In this document: piece by piece, positions 14,570-28,487 of the stretch | Layout of the letters: every line of letters begins with the position of its first letter | How positions within the stretch are numbered: the first letter of the stretch is position 1 | From: Auanema rhodensis | Lineage: Eukaryota > Animalia > Nematoda | Assembly: GCA_964057225.1 (NCBI GenBank) | Contig: OZ059898.1 | Coordinates: forward strand, 4,650,001-4,714,000 | DNA length: 64,000 nucleotides | Direction of reading: 5' to 3' | The notes under the pieces: model-generated | What the model saw: only the letters and a program-made list of their open reading frames with translations | What the model was told of the DNA's origin: nothing | The model's database searches: none | Program-made: the position numbers and the translations under genes

Positions 14570-17500
14570 ATGGACAGCACTTCTCGATATAGGAAGGGGC
14601 AAAAACAAGTGAATTTGAAATTATTACTCTTTCATTTTCATACATATTTTAGAAAGAAGAAGAAGAGGATAGTTTGCTAGTATTTGGATATACTTGTCGT
14701 ATTTACCCAAATTCTGAAAAGGCAGATTTTATTGCTGAAGAGAGACACTTACAAAGTTGGAATGGGGATCCTACAGTGCGCATAGATAGGTTTGCGTTTT
14801 ATACAATTCATAAAAATTAATTTTTTGGGAGGGGAAATTTCAGAGATTTTTAGATTTCACTGATTCGGATTTGATAGGATTTCTTTTAAGGTAATTATTC
14901 ATTTTAGAATTTTTTATCAAAGTTTTTAAAGCTACTTTTAGAAACCAAAGATATTTTTATGTTTGGAGCATAATAGTTTTTCTAGTTTTTGAAAAAAATA
15001 ACGAGTTGTCGGGAAAATGTGTTAATTTATTAGATATCATTCTTTAATTTTCAGGAGCCCTGGGCTATCATGCTGATCAATGAAGTGGTCGATTGTAAGT
15101 AACGACCACATTTGAGATAATTTTTCTCAGAACGTCAAAATTGTCCTAAACACTAAAATATTGAAAATAATTTATTTCTTCATTCATATGTTTGTTATAG
15201 GTACGATGCACGACTTCTATTGTCATCATTCTCTGAGAAAAAATATAAGGATGAAGAAGTATGCCCTGCAGAAGAAATGGAAGAACAAATGTGTGATGAG
15301 GAAAGGTATCAGGATATGTATATTGATATAAAAACGAAAGGTGTTTAATTTGTTTAGTATTTTCATAAATATACTTCTTTCAGAAGAGGAAGAAAAAAAA
15401 AGAAGAACTGAAATAGCTTTTGATTATGGCACTACCGTAGTGACTAAAGAAGTTGATAACAATAGCGATAGTGAAGACGAGCCGTTTGTTTCTCCTCCTG
15501 GAATCAAATTACCTGTTGGCCTCACATTGGTAATTTTTTATTTTATATAAATCAATATAAATCAAGAGTAACTTTCAGCCAGAAAATCAAAAGCAAAACC
15601 ATTTAATTGAGAGAACGGCAGTCTTCGTTGTTGCACAGGGGCCTCAAATGGAAATAGTCATCAAAGCTAAGCAGAGAAACAATACTGAACAGGTACCGTA
15701 ATATGTGAAATGATTTATATATTTATGCTTTAGTTTGGTTTTTTGGATTTCGACCATGCTCTTAATCCGTACTATAAATATATTTCTAAATTAATTCGAG
15801 AGAAAAAATACACACCCGATGTAGCGAAGAAAAAAGTATGAAGTTCCACATTCAAAACTTCATTAAATTAAATTAATTTAGAGTTTGACAGAGAATTCCG
15901 CTGAAGAAAGTAGATTAGTAGAACCAATGATTAAACCTACAGGAGCTCTTGCTGCTATTGCCATAGGTTTTTAAATGTTTCTTATTACCACTTTTTCTTA
16001 TTCACTTGATGAGGTAAATTTATATTCTATTACAGAGCATGGCTCTGATGATTCTGATTCTGATTGTGAACTTCATCCGTCTTTGCTCGCTAGAAATAGA
16101 TCTCCAAGTCCTGATATTGTGAATTCAACATCAATAGGACCGATGAAAAGACCTGTCTCACCTCCACCTAAGCCAGTTTCTGTTATTCGTCCTGATTATG
16201 ACATGTCCAAAGTAGTATATGTTACTGTTCTCATTCTATTTTGAATATATTTAGAGCAATGATTCTTATGCAGCTTTATCTAAAAGTCTCTCGAACATCA
16301 AAGCCGGTAAAGACGAAGAAAAGATAAAAGAGGAGAAGCGTAATGAAGAACTGAAAGGCTTAATTAATGCGTAATCGCTAACTTCTAAATTAATACCATG
16401 TAATATCTTCAGTACGAAATCATTCCCGGCTGATGAAGAATGGAGAACTTGGTGGAGTAATTTTTATGGCTATCCCTGTCCAATGAAAGCTCCTTGCCCT
16501 CTAATACCACCACCTCCAGATTTAGAGCCGATTGTTAATAATTATGCTTGCTTTGTAGCTCGACATGGTTCGAGTACGGAGTCAGCACTCCGAGCAAGAA
16601 CTGATCTTCAATTAAATTTTATGAATCCTAATAATCAGCATTTTTCTTATTATCAACATAAAGTACGGCATGCTCAATGGGAAATGGAGCAAATGACAGG
16701 CCATGTGAGTCATCTACTTTTACTTCTATTCATTATCTTACTGACTTTTTATTACTTTTCTCGTTTTGAGATTGAGTTTTTATTTTTTAGCATAGCAATC
16801 CTCCGGTTGCTGTGTATAATTATCCAACACTTCAAGATGCTCCTGCTAATTCTGCTCCATCATCTCCTGGACCAGACGGTTTACTATACATTTTCATAAC
16901 TAACTCAATTAATGTGTTAATTTTTTAGTTCCTCTAAATAGAAAGCAACGTCGTAGGCTTCAGGATGCCGCAATTATTGGCTTAGCTCCTCCACCAGGAG
17001 TGGTTGATCCGTTACTTTTGAAAACAGAGGTAATTATAGCAAATAAAGATCCAACACTTTAAATAACGTTTCTTTAAAGATGAATAAATCGCAATCATCC
17101 CCCGCTTTACAAACTTCCACAGATTCCACAGATAATGGATCACAATTATATACTCCCACGGGTTCTATATCTTTTACACTTCAGCCTATTAAGGAGGAAA
17201 TCAGAAAAACTTCCTCGACAATGTATGTTGTTTTTTTTGTTTCTGAAAATTAGTTAGCCTTAGTGACTTTTCTGATGATCCTCTCGAAGCCATGGTTAAA
17301 GATGATCCTCTACCGTCTACTTCTACTGATGTATGCTATTCTTTATCTTTTCCGATTTCTTAAAGCAATTTTAGGCTCTTTCGACATCTGGATTGGTTCC
17401 TCCAGTACCGCCATCAATTCCAAATAATACTCAACTAGATAGAAAAGAGAAAGCAAGAATTTTCATGGAAAAGCTAATGAATGAAAAACGAGCAAAAAAA

Positions 17501-18159
17501 TTACAAGAAGCTGAAAATGCCCGCATTCAAGAACTTGAACGTAAAAAAGCTGAAATTGAGAAAGTTTGAATATTTATATATCATGAGTTAATATATTAAT
17601 TTAGGAATTACACTACGAAGAAAGTACAGAAGAAATAAAGGTTTATGAAGCCTGTTCAGATGTAGATGACGATAAATCCAAACAGGATCAACCTGCATTG
17701 CCTGAAAGGCCTTCATTAGATATGCTTGATGAACTTATAAATAAGTGAGTTGTAGATAATGATAATAATCACTTTCTTTTATACTTGTGTGTATCTTTTT
17801 CAGAAGAATTGATAATTTATTGGAGTCTAATGGATTGTCTTATATTAATAAAACAGCAAATAAAGATCATCATGCTTCTCCAAGTTCAGATGATGAACGA
17901 CGTAGAAAAGATCGTAAGGAAAAGAAAAAAAAGAACAAACATCGAACTGAACGAAGACGAGATTAGTATTATTTTGTTATGAATTCCTAGTATACGTATG
18001 CTAAATTTCAGTCGAAGCCGAAGCAGATCAAGAGAAAGGTCTCGAGAAAGTAAACGTCGACGACGAAGTTCAAGTTCAGATAGGTAACTCTCAGTTATGC
18101 GACGTTCTTAATAGTCGATAATTTTTAGAGAACGAGATTCCAGGAGAAGAAAACGATGA
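14570..18159 (+). CDS. swp-1: Splicing factor suppressor of white-apricot (SWAP) homolog
   Basis: DRY_EERY domain (LLVFGYTC...[11 protein letters not shown]...DEERY), two SURP/SWAP domains ([24 protein letters not shown]; [13 protein letters not shown]), [10 protein letters not shown], and an RS-rich tail. Confidence 0.93.
15055..15094 (+). other. Candidate poison (PTC-containing) cassette exon in swp-1
   Basis: A 40-nt segment flanked by TTTTCAG and GTAAGT. In the phase-2 frame it reads (AG)G AGC CCT GGG CTA TCA TGC TGA. Confidence 0.65.
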
Positions 18160-18218
18160 AACAAGATTACAGTCTAGGATCATATAAAATAAAGATTCGA
18201 AATATGTAAATCTATGTA

Positions 18219-19459
18219 TTATGTATTTGTTTTTTTTGATACGAGTAAAAAAATTTCATCATGAGTAATGAATTTAAATCCGCTTTTCTCCTCTGTCGAC
18301 ATGCCGTTCAACTAAAACGATTTGATTGTAAACGGAAAGAAAAAAAATAAAAACCTTTAAAGCAGCGAATATGTGACTTTTTGTTAAGTGATGACATTTA
18401 AATATTTTACCACCGAACATATAGGTTGAAGCTTCCAATACACCTCCTTGAATCTAAAAATGAGGTTTAGAAGGAAATATAAAAATTGCTTTTACAAGAA
18501 ATCCTCCATCTTCAATGAGACTGCATGCCCCACGGACGGCTCTATTATATCCTTCGAGTGAATCACAAGAATATTCTAAGCAAAAGACAGTTGTCACAAC
18601 CTGAATTTGTATTACTGAGTGAAATTAGATTTTATTTAACCTGAAACTTTTTAGGTATTGGTATAGATTTATTTTTCTGCCAGAAAACATTTTGTACCAC
18701 TTCATCCTTATGAACATCAACCTGAAAAACCTACAGATTAGAAACTGGGATTAAATTTCAAAAAACTTCCAAAATTCCCCCAATTTTTTGCCTAGCTGCG
18801 TCTTGCATTTTCTGAGAACCATCGTTTGATGCTTCTATATTCGACAGCCATTCACAAACATTTCCCCAATCAAACGACGATCTATAATTAGTATTTCTAT
18901 TGATTCATTGTATATGGTTCTCACTTATTTTGAACCCAACTTAACAAGCATTCTCTATTAGCAGGAGCATAGTCAGAAGTATAAATAGTCTGAGCTCTAT
19001 TTCGAAGTGCGATTGGCAAATAAACGGTTGGACCTTAAAAATCCTTCATAAACCAAACATTGATCAAAAAATTTTCAAATATCTTCCAAGTTGTCATAAT
19101 TAGCCATTTTATAAAATTTCAAAATTATATCAAGTTACAGTTAATAAATAAGAGTTAATAAATTGTAAACTTTATTATTTCAAATTAAATTGACTCGCCT
19201 GCTCCAAGATCGAGTACTGTTCTCACATTGTCTGGTAGGCGATATAGAGTACCAGGTAAGAAGAAGAGCACAATTTGCATAGCCGCATCTTCTTTAACAG
19301 TTTTATAAAAGCTTTCTAGATATTTGTTGGGATCAAACTATAAATGGAAAAGTGTTGGTATATATATTTGTGATTTTAACGAACTTTATCGTGATGTTCC
19401 TCTGGTGTACAGACCTCATCGTTCTCTTCTTTTTTCAACTCATTTTCGTTCCGAGTCAT
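18219..19459 (-). CDS. anmt-1: Amine/nicotinamide N-methyltransferase (NNMT/PNMT family)
   Basis: FDPNKYLESFYK...MQIVLFFLPG, VLDLGAGPTVY, YTSDYAPANRE, FDWGNVCEW, TVFCLEYSC, IQGGVLEA, LLVSKKTNT*. One intron is GC-AG. A probable 5' UTR exon ends at 19543. Confidence 0.92.
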
Positions 19460-20457
19460 CTAGAACGAACAAGTGTTATTATTCCAGCGTATTCGATGAA
19501 CACATGTAATTAGAAAACACTGATTTCACTAAAACAGCTTACCTCTAATTAAATTACGTTCGAAGTTATAATTGGCTATGATTGTACTTTCGACGTTAAA
19601 GATTAAGAATATCTCGAAATCTGTGGGAGGAGTAGGAGGAGTAGGAGGGTAAAGGAGCAAGAGGATGGAGCAGGAGACTACTGAAGACTGGTAGTCGCTG
19701 CTGTTCGCAGGTCCTGTTGTAACACAGACGTCGGGCACTCCAACGGTGTATGAGAGAGAATTGAGATAGAATGCGATACAACGAGATCGAGAGAATATAC
19801 GAGAAAAGAAAGCGAGAGAAGTTTCCTCGCTCCCGAAGAGAATGCACTCTTAAATCTCTAGCAGTCATTTCTTCAGCATATTAAGCTCTTTTCTATTGTA
19901 TTGTTATTATATGTTCCAATCTAACCATTTTTGGATAACATCAATATTAAAAAAAAAACTTTGATTTATTTTCTGATAATGTTGTGAAACATCGATACAT
20001 TTTTTTATATTGTATTTATAATTAGTCACCCAACTTGTAAATATTCTCGCATATTGAAATTCAAATAGCCATTTTTAAGTATGTTTATTTTAGTAAATAA
20101 ACAAAATACTCCTAACCAGGAAGATTCATAGCGTTCTTTCATAGTGTGCATGATATCGATAAATTTCATATGTCGCTGATGTTAGCAAAGTTCGACTTAT
20201 TTCAAATATATAAATATTGTTTTCCCTCCTAAAATTTACTATCTAGTTAATTTGAAAAAATAATTATCAAAAACTTCATAAACTCATTTATTTTTTTTTA
20301 CGTTGCATTGAACACTTTTGGTGAACTTTACCGTGTTTTATTACGTATACGATCTAATCTAATTTGCATAGTTAATTCTATTACTATTTGAAAGCTGTTT
20401 AGTATACTGGGATTATTTAGCATTTTTTTCAGAAACCTCATGTTACCAGTTTTGTAA

Positions 20458-23400
20458 ATGTCAACAGGGGTTCTTAATTTTGTTAGGGGAATAGATTTCT
20501 CCCGAAATGATTTTTCGGTAAGTAATTGAACTGTGCAAAGCTAAAATTGAGCTGAATAAATAACTATTTTCTTTTAGGGAGATCTATTCCCTCATGCCGT
20601 TGAGCAAATGACTTCCATGACTTGGCTAAAATTGAATAGAGCTAATTTGGATAAAGTAATTTTATCATATGTATGAGAGTTTATTCAACTTTTTCTAAGG
20701 TTCCCGACGAGTTATCACGATGTGACAACTTGGAACATCTTCAAATGGCTCACAATAAACTAACTAGTGTACACGGGGAGCTTTCTGATCTTCCTCGACT
20801 TCGCTCTGTAATCGTTCGGCACAACCAGGTATGTTCCACGGCTAACTTTTTAAATATCTTTATTGTTTAGGTGAAAACTGCTGGTATTCCAACAGATATT
20901 TTTAAAATGAAGGATTTGACTATCATCGATTTCTCACACAATACACTGCGTGATGTTCCCCCTAACTTGGAATATGCTAAAGGTGCTATTGTTTTAAATC
21001 TCAGTCATAACAATATCGAGAGCATACCTAATCAAGTAAGAAATTAGGGTTAAAAAGAGTTATATTTATCTTATAGGTCTTTTCTAATTTGATTGATCTT
21101 ATTTTCCTTGATCTCTCCAATAATAAGTTAGATATGCTTCCTCCTCAAATTCGTCGATTAACTATGGTTCAAGTTTTAAAATTATCAAATAACCCCCTTC
21201 ATCATTTTCAACTAAAACAGCTTCCGAGGTAAGTTGAATATTGTGGCTGTATTTAATTTCTCTTTTCAGTATGACAGCTCTTCGGGTTTTGTATATGAGA
21301 AATACTAATAGAACTCTAGATAATATTCCGCCTACTTTAGATGATTTAGAAAATTTAACTGTAATTTTTTTATATAGCTTAATAAAATACGATTCGTATT
21401 CAGGATGTTGATTTTGCTGAAAACAATTTATTATCTGTGCCGGACGCTTTGTTTAAATTAAAAAATCTTCGTAAACTTGACATTAGTTCTAACAAGGTAA
21501 CAATTGTTTTATATATTGATCTATTAATTACAATTAGATTGCAAATTTTGTTATACCTGAAGGATCATGGGAAAATCTCGAAACTTTAAACGTCAATTCC
21601 AATCAACTAAGCAGTCTACCTGATGGCATTGTTAAAATGTCTCGGTTACAAAGGCTGTATGCAAGTGATAATCAATTGAAGTTTGAAGGTTTCCTTTGTG
21701 TTTTCTGAAGTTGTATTGATCTGTTTCGTTGTAGGTATCCCTAGTGGTATTGGAAAACTTGTGCAACTTGTTGTACTTCATCTTTCAAGGAATCAGTTAG
21801 AATTAATTCCGGAAAGCGTCTCGCGTTGCGTGAAATTGCAAAGACTAAAGTTGAATCATAACAAATTAATTACTTTACCGGACGGTATTCACTTATTACC
21901 GGATTTGAAAGAATTGGATTTACAAGAGTTAGTCTATATTTATCAATATCTTCAGTGTTGTATGTGTACATTACAGTAACAACGATCTAGTGTTGCCACC
22001 CAAACCAAATGAGGCTAGGAAAAAATTAGCTTTTTATAACATTGATTTCTCTCTCGAACATCAGGTTTGTATATTATGCTTATTATAACATTGTATTTCT
22101 ATATAATTCAAAATTCATATTTTTTTTCCGCGATAAAAAAACTCTTTCATAATTTTTAATAACATTACAGCGAAATCTAGCTGGGCAGTCTCCTTGTTCA
22201 TCGGTTTCTTCTGTTGTAAGTGGATCGAAGGACCCTATTGCCAGAAGAAAAGATTTTATTCGAAGGAGGAAGCAGGCTGCTGATCAACAGGACGCAAGCA
22301 AAGTTATTCAGGTATTTAAAACATTTTATTTTAACTTAAACTTTATTAGATCATGATACTAAATCATGAAAGAGTATCATTTCGAATTGAATATTCAGAA
22401 ATAGTTTCACATGTGAATAAGATAAACATTTTATGTGAATATCAATATAATCTATTGATCCTAACATTATATACACAATTGCTTTTCCAGGGAATGTCTA
22501 AAATAGCTGGGTCTGGTGTAGCACTCCAAGCCGAACGGGAAGAGGAAGAACAAAAAATAGCAACTCGATCAGCCGTGAATTGGAAAGTGAGTCATTTAGA
22601 TGTTTACTATACTGGATCATATATATTTATATATATAGATATATTCATGTTCAATTTAGGCAAATATTGAAAAACAGAGGAAGCAGTTAGATTACAGTGA
22701 TATTTTTGATCAATCTGTTGGAACAGAAGAGGTTAAAATAAGCGTTTAAAACTATTTTATCTGATGAAATTTTTAGGGTCTGTGGTTATGGGAAATAGAA
22801 AACTTTTATCCCTCATTAGTGGAGGACGAGTTGTTTGGTCATTTTTATGATGCCGATTGTTATTTAGTTCTGAAAACTACAAGAGTAAGAATAGTTTTAA
22901 CTATTTGAATATACTATATATAATACTATAGGAACTTTCTGGCAGTTTGAAACACGAAATATTTTACTGGATTGGAGAGCATGCTGCTCTTGACAAAGTG
23001 ATGTGTTCAGCCGTTCATGCTGTCGGTTTAAGAAATCATTTAAATGCGTCTTGCAGGTTGGTATTTAATTGTCATATTTTCTTGAGCATGAATTGATGAA
23101 TTCTTTTCGTAGAACAATTCGAGAGGAAATGAATGATGAATCTGAAGAATTTCTTGATCTATTCGGTGAAGAAATCACTTATATTGAAGGCGAAAGGACA
23201 AGTACAGGATTTTATACAACAGAAAAACCAATGCATATAAATAGGTATCATCTTCCTTTACTTTGTTCTTTAATTATTATATATTTAAACTATTTAAGAC
23301 TTTATCGTGCATCAGTTACTGGTACTCAGGTTGATATGGAACCAGTTCCAGTTGGTAGTGATTCGCTAGATCCACGATATGTTTTCTTGCTCGATGCAGG

Positions 23401-25773
23401 TGAGACTATATGGATTTGGAGTGGATGGAAATCGAAGGTGATTCTTTAATTTACTATTAATAGTTTTCTAAAATTTGTACATCAGATAACTATTGCGAAT
23501 AAGGCTCGTCTTTTTGCTGAACGATTGAACAAAAGAGATAGAAAAGCTAAGTCTGAGATCGAAACTTGCCGCGAGTTTAAAACTCCTCCTGAGTTTTGGC
23601 TTGCTTTAACAGGTGAATTTATCGCTTTCTTGTATGTTTAATCATAACCCATTAATTATGAAGGCTCTGCCAATAAACCAGAAGATCCTATAGTTGAGCA
23701 TGTTCCTGAAAATTTTGTACCTTTACGGAAACGATTATATCAAGTTAATATTGGAATGGGATTCTTGGAATTGCCCCAGTTTGAGCTTCCTAAGGGCATA
23801 TGCAGACAAGAAATGCTTGATGCCAAAGGAGTATACATTCTTGATTGCACTTCGGATATTTTCCTTTGGACAGGCAAAAAGGCCAATCGTCTGTTAAAGA
23901 TGGCAGGCCAAAAAATGGTCACGGAACTTCATCGTATGATTGAGAGGCCTGACTATACTCAAATATGTAGGGAAACTGAGGTTCAGTCAAGTAGTAATTG
24001 GTCTATATGCTATTGTTTTCAATTTCTAGGGAGAAGAATCAATGATGTTCCGATCGAAATTCGCCGGTTGGGATGATATAGTACCCGTTGACTTTACTCG
24101 CACCTCTGAATCAGTTCAACGAGTTCCCGATTTGAAGGTGTATATTTTGTTTTCTATATATTATGACTATTAGTTCATTCCAGGTACTAGTCAAAAAAGA
24201 TAACATGATGAAAACTGATCTGGCTGCTCTTTTCTTGGATCGCCAACCTGCAATGAGTGCCGAAGAAAGCGAAGAATTGCTCAATGATTGTAATTTAGAT
24301 CTCGAATTAATTGAGCCGTTTGTTTGGGTAGGATCAGTATTAGTTTTGAACAATTCGAAGGGTTTTTTTCAGGAAGCCAAAAAGTTCGTTAAATTGCCTG
24401 AACACGAATTTGGTACATTCTATACTATGGACTGCTATGTTTTCCTTTGTCGATATGAAGTCATACCTGACGAAGAGTCCGAAGATGAAGAAGAAGAGGG
24501 GGAAAAGGTTAGGTTATATCTCAACTCATATTATCTATTGCTTTAGACTGAACCTGACTTTAAATGTGTAGTGTATTTTTGGCAAGGCCGCGATGCATCA
24601 AATATGGGATGGTTGCAATTCACGTTCCAACTTCAACCAACTTTTGAGAAAATTTTTAAGGATAAACTTGAGGCAATATTGTAAGAGCATTATATACTCT
24701 ATCGCTATTATTTCTAGGTTGTACGTATGCATCAACAACAAGAAAATCACAAGTTTTTATCCCATTTTCATAAAAAATTTGTAATTAGACGTGGTCGTAG
24801 AGGTTTAACAAGAAATTTGGGTGGCCGTTGGCCGGAGTTGTTCCAAATCCGTGCCAATGGTTCAAGTGTTTGCACTAGAACTATTCAAATTGATGCAAGG
24901 TTGGAATTGTTTTATGTGCTCGCATTAATCAGTCTTTTCCTTCAATTTAGGGCTGACCAATTATGCTCGGCATTTTGCCAAATTTTGCGTGTACCCTATA
25001 AAATAGAAAAAGAAGGTGAAAAGGGAGTTGTTTATGTTTGGGTAGGATCAGCTAGTGAAACTAGCTGTGCAGATGTGGCTAGAAAGGTAAATTATTTGAT
25101 TTTAATATGTTTATAGAACTTCTTTACTTAGGTCGCTGAAGAAATGATTAATCGTGACGATGAATCTTTCCCTGTTCAAGTAATCAAAGAAAATGAAGAA
25201 CCGGATGAGTTCTGGGAATACCTGGGAGGCAAAAAAAAGTATTTTATTATACTTTTTAGTTAATAACTTTCTAATCTTCCTAGATATGAGCGTGACGCAT
25301 CTTTCTTTTCACACACTCGCCTATTCCGGTGTACAAATGAAAAAGGATATTTTGCTGTTTCTGAGAAAACAGTTGATTTTTGCCAGGTAGAGTATTTGAT
25401 AACGTTTTCTTTCAATATCTTGTTTCAATAGGATGATTTGGATGATGATGATATTATGATTCTGGATAACGGAGACATAGTATTTTTATGGATAGGAAGC
25501 AGAGCCAGTGAGGTTGAAGTCAAGTTGGCATACAAAGCAGCAACGGTATCAGTTACTGATCAAAAAAATTATTAAATATTTATATTCAGGTGTTTGTTGC
25601 GCATTTACGTATGAAACAAACTGATAGACCTCGTACATTAAAGCTTTCTATTAAAGGAAAAGAATCAAAAAGATTCACCAAATGCTTCCACGCTTGGGGC
25701 AAACATAAAGTATGAATTCATTTATTTTTAATGTTAATTACATAAAAATTTATAGGTTCCCGCTGGCGATTAA
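20458..25773 (+). CDS. fli-1: Flightless-I (LRR + gelsolin repeats)
   Basis: [20 protein letters not shown], many LRRs, gelsolin segments ([38 protein letters not shown]) and [17 protein letters not shown]. Confidence 0.97.
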
Positions 25774-26230
25774 CTGTAAAATACAGAATTCGAATTTCGG
25801 GCTTTTTGTCTGTAAATACAAAATAGCTTATGATGTTATAGTTGTATATATTCATTGAAATATATAATTGTGAAGTGCTACAAAAGTTTTATCTACGTAT
25901 ACTTACAAATGTTGCTCAATCTGTGGCATAGTTTTAATATGTGTATTCGTCATCTATTCATTTTGCATTTATGTATTTAAATCTTTGTCTTAGATTTCAC
26001 TAAAATTCCTATTGTCACTAAGAAATGCCTTATCAATATTTTACTTATTTGAAATGTCTCTTTGACAGCTTTATATACAAAGTAATAATTTTATAGAATA
26101 TACTGGTGCTAGGAATTAATGGGATTGTTCTGTAATTGTTAAATTATTTGAAAATTGCTCATAATACAATTTATTATTGTTTTAATATATATATTTATAT
26201 ATACCCATATATTGAATAAAAAATATTTCA

Positions 26231-26870
26231 CTATTCTAGCTTTGATTTACAAAATGGAAATTTGATCATTGATATAATACCAGTCGATACAAATGTTAAT
26301 TGAGTATGTAACAGATTTAAAATAATAACTATAATATGCAGTTCTGCAATCCTTTCCATTTGAATAAGAAGGCAAAATACTGCAAAAGCCGCTACGCAAT
26401 AAGAAGATATTCTCAAGAAATATTGAACTGGTGTTGAGCAAGAAATAAATGATCCAAAGAACTTATTCAAGTGATTGGAATTTAGAAACTTACTTTAATT
26501 GTCACTATTAATAGAAAAATTCATAAGATAAACAACCTGATTAGTATATAAATAGATGTTGTATATGAGATTGACAAAAAGAAATTCTCATATGGTGGCC
26601 AAAGCTTCATCATTTTACGTAGTTTTCCATGATCTTCATTATATACTTTTAAGTTGAGCCAGCTAATATCATTGAGAATCTATTTATTTTAATCATTTGA
26701 CATATAATTGAGACTTTGCTTACCTCATCCAAGAAATGAATATAAGATGTATTAAATAGCATAATAGATATATAATAATTGATAACAGAAGCAAATATAA
26801 TATGTACAGCTGCATGACATGCTTCTATTTTATCCAAAGTTTTAACATTTTCTATTATTTTTCTGAACAT
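26231..26870 (-). CDS. Hypothetical small membrane protein
   Basis: Hydrophobic ORF segments (MFRKIIENV...HFLDE; VYNEDHGKLRKMMKLWPPYENFF; FLRISSYCVAAFAVFCLLIQ) are separated by intron-like gaps. No family recognised. Confidence 0.4.
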
Positions 26871-27207
26871 TTGTTAGAACCTTAATTATGCTTAATTTAA
26901 TATCCAGCGCAGTAAAGAAGTTTTAATATGAAGAAAAGAAACAAAGTGACTTTAAATTTTATTTTTATATTGAATAATCAATAGAACTTCAAAAATCTAT
27001 TGAATGAACATGTGAACCGGGGATGATGACGAAGTAAGACCTTGACCTCTATCTCAATTGTAGAAAGTTACTTTGAATATCTCATTCAAAAGTTTATAAG
27101 AACTATTTAAAAGATTTCTTATTAAATAATTTATTCTAATATATGATATAGTAATCAACTTCATTATTAAGTTTAAACATAATTAAGAATTCGTAAAACA
27201 GAAATAA

Positions 27208-28487
27208 CTAAAAATAATAAAAAAAAAGATATATTAGTAGATGTAATGGTAACAATTTTGCTCCAGCTAAGGAAACATAACACTTGTGTTCTTGAGAGAA
27301 AAGTAAAATAACTTATCTACAAAAAAAGAAAATAAATTTTCGATTATTTTATGTTAATCTTACCAGAATTGAAGAATTATTAACAATGCATTGTAAATCA
27401 AAAAAACGGAGACTGTTCTTCTGTAATGAGAATATCTGAAAAAACACAGATAATCGGACGTACTCTAATTTTTCTTTTACTAAGTTGTTCACAATAACAC
27501 TTGCAATTATTAGTGCTATGGTAGTCAATAGAAAAGTGATTATAAGAATTAAAAACTCGAAATCGTTCAAATATATGCCTAGCATTAGAAGGTAAGATGC
27601 TCCTAATGTTAATATAAAAATAGGAATACTTTGCATTTGTTCTGTAAGAATCAAGCATCTGTCTATTCTCTATAATGTGTCATATTATTGAGAAATATAA
27701 AACATTGTTATACTTGTAATTGAAATACTATAATTTCCTGTAACGGTCCTCCAGTAAATGTTTGAATTCGTTTACTAATTGAAGATAAAGACGACGCTAA
27801 CTGTAGAAGTATGAGAAGAAACAGTGAAATGTTTAAATATAATTTGATATTAGTGATCAGAAGTAACGTAGTATGAAATATTGAAAATCCAAGTTTGTCC
27901 TCGGGGAAGAACATCAGCTTACTAACGGACGAGAATATAGCAAAACATAAAAAAGTAAATACAAGAGCATTACTGATAACTCTGAAAACTAGAATATTGT
28001 TTCTTTTTTCTTGTTCAACCTACTGATTTTGTTTTACAGCGGAAGGCTCTTTATTTATTTGATATGGATCTATCAAAACTTGCTCAATAACTTTTCCTCG
28101 AATGAAGATAATAAACAGGGAAGACGTGAGGGAAACAAGAGAAATAAAGAATATGAAGTTATCAATAGATTCTGAAGTATTGCTGATTGTAACACGTTGA
28201 GGGACATAGAGTAACATTAAACATGTTGGAGCTAAACAAAAAAAATAAAAATAATATTTGTATAGAACTTCAACCTATAATACTTATTGCGAAAACAATC
28301 CAAAATATAGTGTTAGTTTTTTTCCATCTAATAACACAACTGATTTGTAAAATAATATGATATAATATTTTCTTATCTACCTGTAAAAATAGATATATTA
28401 CTATATATATCTTTATGAGCGATATCTTACAATGTTTTTTTGACGATTAACTACACGTGTAGTAGGATTGACAGTAGATTTCGACAT
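27208..28487 (-). CDS. Hypothetical multi-pass membrane protein (possibly a divergent chemoreceptor-like protein)
   Basis: About six exons joined by GT-AG introns (MSKSTVNPTT...; VDKKILYHIILQISCVIRW...; FIFFISLVSLTSSLFIIFI...; IPIFILTLGASYLLMLGIYL...) encode about six or seven hydrophobic helices. The last exon frame is uncertain. Confidence 0.5.

Noticed and set aside
16358-16412. Apparent GC donor in swp-1 (AAAG|GCTTAA)
   Set aside because: A canonical GT donor at 16371 gives the correct phase and a 42-nt intron.
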